A stretch of 28,393 nucleotides of DNA from Nitrospirota bacterium. Lineage in GTDB: Bacteria; Nitrospirota; Thermodesulfovibrionia; Thermodesulfovibrionales; Dissulfurispiraceae. The position numbers were made by a program, and so were the translations under genes. Positions 1 to 8,812 of this stretch are shown piece by piece. Position 1 is the first letter of the stretch, and each line of letters begins with the position of its first letter. Location of the stretch: positions 1-28,393 of the forward strand of contig JBFLWF010000028.1 of assembly GCA_040758355.1 (NCBI GenBank), given 5' to 3'. The notes under the pieces were generated by a model. The model did no database searches. It was not told where the DNA came from and saw only the letters and a list, made by a program, of their open reading frames with translations.

Positions 1-61
1 CAAGTTTTACTGCCTCCTGCCGAAATTCCTTCGTGTACCTTCCATACGGTAACCTTTCCAT
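1..61 (-). CDS. IS3-family transposase OrfA, N-terminal fragment (partial)
   Basis: Manual translation MERLPYGRYTKEFRQEAVKL matches the HTH_Tnp_1 start 'RY(S/T)xEFKxEAVxL'. Confidence 0.75.
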   Translation of the reverse strand, partial: MERLPYGRYTKEFRQEAVKL

Positions 62-125
62 CTGAACACCTCCGTTAACTTATTTTACCTCAACTTTTGG
101 TGTCCACTTTTCTTATCCTACCTCA
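1..125 (-). mobile_element. IS3-family insertion sequence, left end (IRL + start of orfA), truncated by window edge
   Basis: Minus strand starts TGAGGTAGGATAAGAAAAGTGGACACC (5'-TG terminus and GTGGACAC inner motif typical of IS3 IRs), then RBS GGAGGTG and ATG at 61. Confidence 0.8.
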
Positions 126-229
126 GATTTGGATAAATTTGCCGCTGCGCTTCGCAGGCAAGGAAGTTTTTAATATCTTACTGAAATAGAGTCCTGAAAA
201 GTCTATAAGTTCGAATTTCATACAAATGC

Positions 230-721
230 TTAATCATCATCGAATTTCTGACATGTTTCATCAATAAAATCTTCTGACAGCCATAGTCCAGCATTTTGGA
301 GTTTGAGAAGGCATTCTCTTATAGAGGGTATGAGCTTGCGTTTTCTTGCGAGCACTATAACACCTACAGTGCCGGTATAGTGACAACCCAAAGTCTTGGC
401 GCATCTTCGCGCTTCGCGATCATCGATGACAGCCCAATAGTCGGGGTGCTCCAGAGCGAATGACAATACAGAACTTTCTCCCTCTCCCAAATCCCATGAG
501 GTTATAGATGCCGGAACAATAATATCGCCACCTATTTTGATCTGAGGGTTTGTAGATAGATTTTGAAATATCTGCATATCATTGTCTTTTACCATTATCT
601 CTTGATAAACCTTATCAGGCACGATGATTTCCTTGAACAGAGCAAATAAAATACTGGAGAGGCCGCTTTTACAGAGACAGATTAATGGTGACGCATTAAC
701 AACGACACTATCAATCCGCAT
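230..721 (-). CDS. DUF3368 family PIN-domain protein (VapC-like toxin)
   Basis: VVVNASPLI, DLGEGES and IDDREARRCAKTLG..GTVGVI motifs; overlaps upstream antitoxin gene. Confidence 0.85.
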   Translation of the reverse strand: MRIDSVVVNASPLICLCKSGLSSILFALFKEIIVPDKVYQEIMVKDNDMQIFQNLSTNPQIKIGGDIIVPASITSWDLGEGESSVLSFALEHPDYWAVIDDREARRCAKTLGCHYTGTVGVIVLARKRKLIPSIRECLLKLQNAGLWLSEDFIDETCQKFDDD

Positions 722-968
722 TGTGAAGTTCTTTTTCTATATCAGTGGCGGTGTATTGAAATGGAGAAACCTTAAAGCGTGAGAGGGAAGAGATAAATTC
801 AGAGCGACTTAGTCCTGCTATTTCAGCTGCTTTTTCTTGCGACACTATGCCCATCTCGTACCACTTGACCGCAGCGGCAAGACGCAATTCTCTTGCGAAC
901 TCCGCAGGTTCTTTACGGAGGGCTGAAAAAACACCTTCCGGCATATCAAGTTGTAACGCTACAGACAT
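711..968 (-). CDS. UPF0175 family protein (putative HTH antitoxin)
   Basis: 85 aa, ELRLAAAVKWYEMGIVSQEKAAEIAGLSRSEF signature; immediately upstream of the DUF3368 gene. Confidence 0.85.
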   Translation of the reverse strand: MSVALQLDMPEGVFSALRKEPAEFARELRLAAAVKWYEMGIVSQEKAAEIAGLSRSEFISSLSRFKVSPFQYTATDIEKELHNAD

Positions 969-1110
969 AAACTTCCACCGTTCCTTTTAAATAGTATATC
1001 AAAAACGACTGAAAAATGCGCCTATCGCAAGAGAGGCATCCTCACTTCCCGCTATAGTCGGTTGATTTTAATTACAAGTTTGCATTAACCTAAATAGTTA
1101 TAAAAACTCT

Positions 1111-1200
<90 letters not shown>

Positions 1201-1211
1201 GTTTAAACAAC

Positions 1212-1238
1212 CTTGAACGATTTGAACTGTTTGAACGA
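1212..1238. repeat. Short 9-bp tandem repeat, consensus TTTGAACGA x3
   Basis: cttgaacga-tttgaactg-tttgaacga between the tRNA and SRP RNA. Confidence 0.6.
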
Positions 1239-1244
1239 TTTTTT

Positions 1245-1372
1245 CTACAGCCGGGGGCTGGCCCTGCGCAGCAGGCAGGTGTGAACCCCGCCAGGTCCGG
1301 AAGGAAGCAACGGTAAGCATTTTGTCTGGGTGCCGCAGCAAGCCGGTCCCGTAAGCCGGCCCCCGGCTGTAG
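1245..1372 (+). ncRNA. ffs: Signal recognition particle RNA (4.5S)
   Basis: Domain IV core CCAGGTCCGGAAGGAAGCAACGG; long terminal stem 1239-1262/1355-1378; conserved tRNA-Ser-ffs-dnaX synteny. Confidence 0.93.
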
Positions 1373-1392
1373 AAAAAACAGGATGGAGTAGA

Positions 1393-3024
1393 ATGTCATA
1401 CCTTGTCTTAGCAAGAAAGTGGAGACCCCAGACCTTTGAGGATTTAGTCGGTCAGGAAGCAATTGCACGCATTCTGAAGAATGCCATTACCCAAAATAAA
1501 GTCGCCCATGCCTATATATTCTCAGGGCCGAGGGGCGTAGGCAAAACAACAACAGCAAGAATACTCGCAAAGGCATTAAACTGCGTAAGCGGGCCGACTC
1601 CTGACCCATGCGGGAAATGCCAGTCATGCATGGAGGTCACAGACGGCTCATCCATGGATGTATCTGAAATCGACGGCGCTTCGAATACAGGCGTCGACAA
1701 CATAAGAGACCTTCGTGAAAGGGTCAGATATGCGCCGTCAGGCAGCAGGCACAAGGTTTATATAATTGATGAGGCACATATGCTTTCAACATCCGCCTTT
1801 AATGCCCTTTTAAAGACCCTCGAAGAGCCTCCGCCCCATGTGATATTTGTCCTTGCCACAACAGAGCCCAAAAAGATACCGCCCACAGTGCTATCACGCT
1901 GTCAGCATCTGCCATTCAGAAGAATATCGGGACAGAAGATTAAAGAGAGGCTAAAATTTATTTCCAATGCGGACAGTATAAAGGCAACGGATTCTGCCCT
2001 CGAGATGATTGCGCGGGCTGCTGACGGGAGCATGAGGGACTCATTAACTATCCTTGACCAGATAGCATCTTTCTCAGAGGATATAACAGAATCCGAGATT
2101 AAAGATCTTTTAGGAATCACAGATATAGAAACCCTTTCAAGGCTTTCATCATCAATAATCGAAGGGGACAGGAAAGGCATTATCAATATAATCTCGGAAC
2201 TCACCAACACCGGGACAGACCTCAAGACATTTACAAAAGACCTTTTGCAGTTCATCAGGGATCTTTTAATAGCAAGGATAGCAGGAGAGACAGAAAATGT
2301 CATTGACTTAAGCGAGGAGGAATCAAGCGCAATCAATAAATTAAGAGATAAAACCACAGAAGAACATATGGCACTTATTTTATCCGAATTAATAAAGGCA
2401 GAGCCCGGTATAAGAAGCGCATTCTATCCGAGGATTGCCCTTGAAATGACCCTTATAAGATTAAGCATGCTGAGCCATCTAAAGTCGGTAAACGAGGCAT
2501 TGAGGATAGTGAGCAGCCAACAGTCGGTAGCCGGCAGTCAAGAAAGCAAGGGTCAGAAGATAGAAAACAAAGTAACAGAAACGGAGAAACGGAGAATCGG
2601 GGAACCGGAGACAAAAATCACTGATTCACCCATTCACCCATTCACCCATTCACCCATTCAGGACATCTGGAATGTTGTCCTCGAAAAAATAGACGAAACA
2701 AACCATCCCCTTTATTCCAAATTGAACGAAGGCTCCGTTTCTTTCGGCGATGGTGAAATCAAGATTGCATTCAACGGCGGGCTGTCTGTGCATGCGGAAT
2801 CGGTCAAGGAGAACATCCCGCTTATAAAAAAGGTGGTTCAGGATATTTCCGGCAGAGATGTATCCATAAATGTTGAGACTGTGGAAGTGAAGTCTGTCTC
2901 CAAAAAAGATTTAAAGGAAGATGCACGGAACAATCCCATAATCAAAGAGGCCCTTGAGCTGTTTGAAGGAAGGATAGTGGATGTGATGCCAATAAATAAC
3001 AAATCAGGAGGAAGCGATGTCTAA
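1393..3024 (+). CDS. dnaX: DNA polymerase III subunit gamma/tau
   Basis: MSYLVLARKWRPQTF start (ATG 1393; the ORF-track start 1330 lies inside SRP RNA), Walker A GPRGVGKT, Zn-binding Cys cluster, DEAH, SRC motif. Confidence 0.97.
   Translation: MSYLVLARKWRPQTFEDLVGQEAIARILKNAITQNKVAHAYIFSGPRGVGKTTTARILAKALNCVSGPTPDPCGKCQSCMEVTDGSSMDVSEIDGASNTGVDNIRDLRERVRYAPSGSRHKVYIIDEAHMLSTSAFNALLKTLEEPPPHVIFVLATTEPKKIPPTVLSRCQHLPFRRISGQKIKERLKFISNADSIKATDSALEMIARAADGSMRDSLTILDQIASFSEDITESEIKDLLGITDIETLSRLSSSIIEGDRKGIINIISELTNTGTDLKTFTKDLLQFIRDLLIARIAGETENVIDLSEEESSAINKLRDKTTEEHMALILSELIKAEPGIRSAFYPRIALEMTLIRLSMLSHLKSVNEALRIVSSQQSVAGSQESKGQKIENKVTETEKRRIGEPETKITDSPIHPFTHSPIQDIWNVVLEKIDETNHPLYSKLNEGSVSFGDGEIKIAFNGGLSVHAESVKENIPLIKKVVQDISGRDVSINVETVEVKSVSKKDLKEDARNNPIIKEALELFEGRIVDVMPINNKSGGSDV
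2581..2660. repeat. Octamer tandem repeats in dnaX linker: (ACGGAGAA-like)x4 and (ATTCACCC)x4.6
   Basis: acggagaa-acggagaa-tcggggaa-ccggagac at 2581-2612; four perfect ATTCACCC units at 2624-2655 plus ATTCA. Confidence 0.85.
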
Positions 3025-3358
3025 AAAGATGCTCGGCGATATTATGCGTCAGGCGCAGAAGCTACAGGATGAAATGCAGAGGATGCAGGAAGAGGCAAAG
3101 AAAAAGACCGTGGAGGCAAGCGCCGGCGGAGGCATGGTAACAGTAGTTGCCAACGGTGGAGGTGAGATAGTCTCCATAAAAATAGAAAAGGATGTGGTAA
3201 ATCCCGATGACGTGGAGATGCTTCAGGACTTGATCCTCGCAGCATCAAACGAGGCATTGCGGAGGGCCCAGCAGATGGTCAACGAAGAGATGTCGAAACT
3301 CACAATGGGCATGCAGATTCCCGGACTCGGCGGATTGGGAAATATCTTCGGGAAATGA
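3017..3358 (+). CDS. ybaB: YbaB/EbfC nucleoid-associated protein
   Basis: AGGGMVTV and DVEMLQDLILAASNEAL motifs; position between dnaX and recR. Confidence 0.95.
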   Translation: MSKKMLGDIMRQAQKLQDEMQRMQEEAKKKTVEASAGGGMVTVVANGGGEIVSIKIEKDVVNPDDVEMLQDLILAASNEALRRAQQMVNEEMSKLTMGMQIPGLGGLGNIFGK

Positions 3359-3948
3359 CGCAGGGCATAATAGAAGACCTCATTACCCAGCTCACCAAGC
3401 TTCCCGGCATAGGAAGAAAAAGCGCACAGAGGCTCGCCTTTTTCATCCTTACAATGTCGCCGGATGATGCAAAGGGCATTGCATCTGCAATCATCGATGT
3501 TAAAGACAAGGCAAGATTCTGCTCCACGTGCTTTAACATTACAGACACAGACCCATGCAACATATGCAGCAATCCCTCAAGGGACAAGGGCAGGATATGC
3601 GTTGTTGAAGAACCGAGCAACATCATTGCAATAGAAAGGACAAGGAGTTTCGATGGGACATATCATGTACTGCTCGGTGCTCTCTCGCCACTCGATGGAA
3701 TCACGCCAGACAAGCTGAAGATTAACGAGCTTGCACATCGGATACAATCTGACAGTGTTAAGGAAGTGATTTTAGCCACAAACCCGAATACCAAAGGCGA
3801 GATGACAGCACAGTATATAACAGAGATTATAAAGCCTTTCAATGTGAGGATTACGAGAATCGCTTACGGCCTGCCCATCGGAAGCGATATAGAATTTGCA
3901 GATGAAGTAACTCTATCAAAGGCGCTTGAAGGAAGGCGAGAAATGTAA
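3355..3948 (+). CDS. recR: Recombination mediator RecR
   Basis: LPGIGRKSAQRLAF, C4 zinc finger, Toprim (ICVVEEP, YHVLLG, EVILATNP). Confidence 0.97.
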   Translation: MTQGIIEDLITQLTKLPGIGRKSAQRLAFFILTMSPDDAKGIASAIIDVKDKARFCSTCFNITDTDPCNICSNPSRDKGRICVVEEPSNIIAIERTRSFDGTYHVLLGALSPLDGITPDKLKINELAHRIQSDSVKEVILATNPNTKGEMTAQYITEIIKPFNVRITRIAYGLPIGSDIEFADEVTLSKALEGRREM

Positions 3949-5589
3949 CTATTCAAGCGCCTCTTTAGTCATCCTCTCTGCTGTCTCGAACACCGCCTTT
4001 TTGCCCTTCTCTGTCCTCGCCTCTATGTAAAATCTCACCTTCGGCTCTGTGCCCGAAGGCCTTATCATAAGCCATGAGCCATCGTCAAAGACAATCTTTG
4101 TTCCATCCACGGTTATCAGGTCTTTGACTGTCCTGTTGCTTCCGCCTATATTAATTACCGTTCCTGTTTTATATTGCTCCTTAATAACCGAGAGCCTTTT
4201 TATAAGAGGCTCTCCCACAAGAGAGGCATCAACAGCAATCCCTGAACGATCAGGGTAATAATAGCCGAATTCGTCCATAATATCCTTCAGATACTCGCTC
4301 AGGTTCTTGCCTGTAACAGCCATCATCTCTATTGCCAGAAGCAGGCCGAACAGGGCATCCTTTTCAAGCGTATGGTTGTAGCCGGAAATCCCGTCGGATT
4401 CCTCAAAGGCGACTATTGCCTTCTCAGGGACTGTCTTGAGCATATAAGGTCTGAAATTCTTGAATCCCACCTTTGTCTCTTTGACAGGAATTCCGAGTTT
4501 TGCAGCTATGGCATTCACAAAATTGCTTGTGCCGACCGATTTAGCCACTACTCCTGGAAATTTCTTATGAACATTAAGAAAATGGAGCGCCATTGCACCG
4601 AAATAGTTCATGGGTATCTGCATGATACTATCAATATATCTGGCTGCATATCTGATACGGTCTCCGTCAGGATCCATGATAGCGCCAAGCTTGAATTTTT
4701 CATTGCTCCGGCTTAAAACCTTTTCAACTCCTGCCATATTCTTTTCAGAAGGCTCAGGTGCAACGCCTCCAAAGAGATAATCGTCCTCTGTCCTCAGATA
4801 TTTGATTTTCGGATTTTCGCCTAAAATCCTCTGAATGCGTCCCCTTGTTGCGCCATGGACATTGTCAATACAGATAATACAATCCTCGCTATTTATAAAA
4901 TCCTTTATTCTTTCAATATTCAGAGTCTTCCGTTCTTTTATGTATTTTATGTAGAGTTCTGTTAAATCTATCCTTTCAACAACTGCCCTTGATGCCTGGC
5001 TCTCAACCCTTGCCCCTTCTTTCATCATCCTGTTGGCTATATCTTCTATCTTTGAAGTAATCTCTGTTCCTGCAGGACCGCCATCGGAAGGATTGAACTT
5101 GAAGCCTGCATAGTTTGCGGGATTATGCGAGGGGGTGAGATTAATAGCGCATGCAGCATTCAACATCTCAATGCCTGCTGAAAACTCCGGTGTAATTGCC
5201 TCACCAGCATACCATGTCTTTATCCCTTCTTTTTGTAAAAGACCTATAACCTCCATTGAAAAATCAGGGCCTAAAAATCTGTTGTCGTGGCCAACAATAA
5301 CCCCACGCCTTTTTATATCATCAAAATCAGATACACCCATTGCTTCCATGAAAGATTTATCATTGCTTTTAAATGCCTCTATAATTGCGGATGTAACTAT
5401 GCGTACATTATTAAATGTAAAGTCCGTGCCAATCTCCCCTCTCCATCCTGATGTGCCGAATACTATCTTCGAAGGAGCGATATTCTCCCTCGCAAATTTT
5501 TCTATAACCGGCAGCAACTCTCTGCCCTTTGAAACATCGGACATTATCGCCTTCCAGCAGGCAGCAGCGTTCTCAAATGATCGAGCCAT
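3949..5589 (-). CDS. Phosphoglucomutase/phosphomannomutase family protein
   Basis: FGTSGWRG, catalytic TPSHNP, metal-binding DPDGDR, FEESDG, RPSGTEPK. Confidence 0.92.
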   Translation of the reverse strand: MARSFENAAACWKAIMSDVSKGRELLPVIEKFARENIAPSKIVFGTSGWRGEIGTDFTFNNVRIVTSAIIEAFKSNDKSFMEAMGVSDFDDIKRRGVIVGHDNRFLGPDFSMEVIGLLQKEGIKTWYAGEAITPEFSAGIEMLNAACAINLTPSHNPANYAGFKFNPSDGGPAGTEITSKIEDIANRMMKEGARVESQASRAVVERIDLTELYIKYIKERKTLNIERIKDFINSEDCIICIDNVHGATRGRIQRILGENPKIKYLRTEDDYLFGGVAPEPSEKNMAGVEKVLSRSNEKFKLGAIMDPDGDRIRYAARYIDSIMQIPMNYFGAMALHFLNVHKKFPGVVAKSVGTSNFVNAIAAKLGIPVKETKVGFKNFRPYMLKTVPEKAIVAFEESDGISGYNHTLEKDALFGLLLAIEMMAVTGKNLSEYLKDIMDEFGYYYPDRSGIAVDASLVGEPLIKRLSVIKEQYKTGTVINIGGSNRTVKDLITVDGTKIVFDDGSWLMIRPSGTEPKVRFYIEARTEKGKKAVFETAERMTKEALE

Positions 5590-5612
5590 CTAAACCCTCC
5601 GATTCATAACTT

Positions 5613-8600
5613 TTAGTTATTTTCAAAACTCAAAATATTTTTTTCAACTTCCGGATAAACATCATCAATTTTCTTCTGAGCTTCAATCGTTCTTGATAAT
5701 GCTGAAACAATTTTCAAGTAATGTTTTATGTCGTCTAATGATAATATCTTTTCTTTTCTGTCTTTTAGCCACTTTTCGCACACCTGATAACCACCGATTT
5801 GATATTCCCAGACTTCAGGTGCGATGCCTTCAAAATACTGATCGCTATTTATATAGAGCTTTCCGTGTTCATATCTCAACTTTTCGACTCTGTTGTTTCC
5901 TTTTCCTTGAAACCTTACAGATGGAGAATCGAGTTCTGATGCTTTAAGAAGATGCAATTCAACAAGCCTTTCACCATAATCTCCCATATTCTTAAAGAGC
6001 TTATAATCTTTTGTAAATGGTACTCTCGGAAAATCAATTTTTAGAAATTCGGCATATTTTGTGCGATAGATATTTGAATAAAGAATCGCATAAGTGTAAT
6101 AAAAGACTTCTTCAGTAGAGGGCTCTTTTTTGTATGTTGCGGCAAGACTTTTGATAAGTTCCACGTTAAGATTGGGTTTTCTAACAGTATAAGAGGCTTC
6201 GGGCTCAAAGAGCATCATAGCACGACCAAAGGTGAACCGTTCTCTGGGGCTTTTTGTTTTCTGGTAAAGATATAATGGAAAAACAAATCCTGCGCCTCTA
6301 TTGCTAATAAAAAGTCTTCGGTCTGAAATTTTATCCACGCAAAACACATAATTATAGATTTTTACAGGCTCATAAAGGTACTGTCTCATTACAGTCAAAC
6401 CGAGATTCTCTTTAGTGAAGTGCTGCATTATGTCTAAGCGGTCTCTGTCAACCAATTCGGGTCTGTAACAGATATATCTATCATCAAAAGGCCGGTAGGA
6501 ATACGGCAGAATCGAGTCCTTCCAATCTTCTTTTTTCAGCTTTTCCCTTGCTTCTTTCAGCTTAAAATCATGCGTATCTTTCAAGTCTAATGCCTGCCTT
6601 ACTAAGTCATCAGGCAAATCGCTGACAAATGTCCTCATCCTCTGTCTGATTTCTTCTTTTGTAAATCCCACTACAAAGTGGTCACGGTGGGTTGTAACAC
6701 CGCTTGATGATTGGATGAATATATCTTGAATAGACCAGAACTTCTCGTATTTGGCCTGTTCGGAGAAATCCCTTGGCACAAAGAAATAATAAGGCTCTGA
6801 TGGCTGGAGTTTTATCCATTTAGTTGATTTAGTCTCGTGTTTGTGTAAATACTCATATTTCCTTTCTCTCACCCCGTAAACATCCTGATAGAAGACCTTT
6901 CCATGCCCTTTCTGCTTTTTGTCCTTAATAAACAGGGCAATCGAAACTCCCTGCTGAATATCAAAGACATTCTCATCCTTGCTCCCATCGGGACATTTCT
7001 CTCCGATACGGCTGTTACCATGAAGGTTCAAGATGTATATATCGTTAAAACTTTCCAATAACTTCTTCCTCATGCCCCGATGAATCAAGCCGGATAGATA
7101 GGAATTGTTAGTAATCATTCCAATAACGCCCTTACCTGCCTTGTCTATTTTCCAATGGGCAAAACGGATAAACTTGATGTAGTCATCAGAGAGGGGCTGA
7201 ATATTCCTTTCATCACGGACATCTTCTTTATAGATGTCCATCTCATTTTCTATAAAATCAGATTTATTGGCAGAACTTACAGAATACGGCGGATTGCCGA
7301 AAATAACCAGAATAGGTTCTTCCTTTTTTACCTTGCCTGCTAACTGAGATTCCTCCGAAAGGGAAGCCATGCCAGGCAGTTCTGTCTGTGCAAGCTCCTC
7401 CATTTCCAACGTGTTGGTTAAATAAAGTTTAAACCTGTCCTCTTCGTGGAGTTTATATCCAAGCTCTTCAAGCAGGAAGGACATCTTTAAATGTCCGATT
7501 GCATATGGCGCCATCATCAACTCAAAGGCATAGAAATTTTTAAGTATATGTTCCTTTATGAACTTTTCCTTTGCTCCTTCGCCATATTTCGAGGTAAACT
7601 CTTCTGCTGCCAATTTCGCAGCCTCTGCTAAAAATGTAAGCGTGCCTGCCGCCGGATCTAAAACCGTTACAGAAGTATTCGCAAAGCCGTCATCTTTGCT
7701 AAAATGTTCTTTCAGAATATGGTGCAGAGAACGGATAATATAAGAGACTACAGGTTCAGGCGTGTAGTAAACACCTCTTTTTTCTCTTGTTTTGGGGTCG
7801 TATTCTGCAAGAAAAGTTTCGTAGAAATGGACTATGGGGTCTTTGCCTTTATGTTTATGGAAATACTCATCGAGTATCTTAAAAACATCTGTAACAGCAA
7901 GGACTTCAGAAATATCATCCGCAATCCATTCCATTTGCTTGGGCAAATCGCCAAGGGAAATGAATTTAAAGACATCTCTTAATATTCCGATTGTCTTGGG
8001 AATCCTGTCATAAGCAAGCTTCCTGTTAAAACCGTTCTCAGAACGCGTCCTCGCAGCAAAGAGTCCATATGTGATTGTCTGTGAATAGAGGTCGGCAAAA
8101 TCCTCTTTTTCGAGACCACTTATGAGATACTTCCGAAAAGCCTCATAAAATCCTAAAATAAAACCCTTTCCTCTTTTTTCTTCTTCTTGCAATTCCTGCG
8201 CAATGACCTCATCTTTTAAAAAGCGAGTTCTCTTTGCCAGTTCTATCGCAAGATTTTTTGCGTCGTATACCTTTGGCAGAGAGAAAGAGAAAAATTTCTC
8301 TAACAATCTCATAAAATCTTGCTCTTTTTCTACAGGCGGAATTGTTTTGAGCTTATGGACTACATAAGGCCTGCCTATAAGGGCTTTGTCTATTAGCAAG
8401 CCGTTACGGTAGAGTCTGAATTCAAAAAAATTGGTGAGTATCAGATTCGGGAATGTATGCAGATAGCGTTTTAGCTGGTCAGAATATTCTATATTGTCTA
8501 AATTTTCAACAGTTGGGGCTTTTGCTTCGATATAGCCAATTATATGTTGTTTTCCATCCCAAACCCTGAAGTCAGGATTTCCAGCCTCGGTTCTTTTGGG

Positions 8601-8744
8601 CAGGGTTGTTATATGGATATTTTTTTTGCCGATCGATTCTGCATGTCCTTTAAACAATTCATCGAGATTTGAATAATAGCTCTCTTCCCTTGCATCGCCT
8701 CGATTAGCAATATCTGTTATTTTTTTCAAATACGATTTAAGCAT
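5613..8744 (-). CDS. Single-chain restriction-modification enzyme (Type IIG/Type ISP-like N6-adenine MTase with N-terminal PD-(D/E)xK nuclease and C-terminal specificity domain)
   Basis: PDF...IEAK nuclease motif; GVYYTP; motif I LDPAAGTLTFL; motif IV GNPPY; C-terminal YRPFD, DFPRVP and YQIGGYQV blocks as in Type ISP C-termini; no helicase motifs. Confidence 0.88.
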   Translation of the reverse strand: MLKSYLKKITDIANRGDAREESYYSNLDELFKGHAESIGKKNIHITTLPKRTEAGNPDFRVWDGKQHIIGYIEAKAPTVENLDNIEYSDQLKRYLHTFPNLILTNFFEFRLYRNGLLIDKALIGRPYVVHKLKTIPPVEKEQDFMRLLEKFFSFSLPKVYDAKNLAIELAKRTRFLKDEVIAQELQEEEKRGKGFILGFYEAFRKYLISGLEKEDFADLYSQTITYGLFAARTRSENGFNRKLAYDRIPKTIGILRDVFKFISLGDLPKQMEWIADDISEVLAVTDVFKILDEYFHKHKGKDPIVHFYETFLAEYDPKTREKRGVYYTPEPVVSYIIRSLHHILKEHFSKDDGFANTSVTVLDPAAGTLTFLAEAAKLAAEEFTSKYGEGAKEKFIKEHILKNFYAFELMMAPYAIGHLKMSFLLEELGYKLHEEDRFKLYLTNTLEMEELAQTELPGMASLSEESQLAGKVKKEEPILVIFGNPPYSVSSANKSDFIENEMDIYKEDVRDERNIQPLSDDYIKFIRFAHWKIDKAGKGVIGMITNNSYLSGLIHRGMRKKLLESFNDIYILNLHGNSRIGEKCPDGSKDENVFDIQQGVSIALFIKDKKQKGHGKVFYQDVYGVRERKYEYLHKHETKSTKWIKLQPSEPYYFFVPRDFSEQAKYEKFWSIQDIFIQSSSGVTTHRDHFVVGFTKEEIRQRMRTFVSDLPDDLVRQALDLKDTHDFKLKEAREKLKKEDWKDSILPYSYRPFDDRYICYRPELVDRDRLDIMQHFTKENLGLTVMRQYLYEPVKIYNYVFCVDKISDRRLFISNRGAGFVFPLYLYQKTKSPRERFTFGRAMMLFEPEASYTVRKPNLNVELIKSLAATYKKEPSTEEVFYYTYAILYSNIYRTKYAEFLKIDFPRVPFTKDYKLFKNMGDYGERLVELHLLKASELDSPSVRFQGKGNNRVEKLRYEHGKLYINSDQYFEGIAPEVWEYQIGGYQVCEKWLKDRKEKILSLDDIKHYLKIVSALSRTIEAQKKIDDVYPEVEKNILSFENN

Positions 8745-8812
8745 TATGTTCCAATATCCAATCTATCCCAAAATTTACAGATATATTTTATAACACACCA
8801 GTAAAAATACTC

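Noticed and set aside
1330..1392. N-terminal extension of dnaX in the ORF track
   Set aside because: Lies within SRP RNA; the conserved start is MSYLVLARK at 1393
3940..3960. recR and pgm stop codons abut with no terminator (also usp/mtaD at 12023/12024)
   Set aside because: Common in compact genomes; no further structure seen
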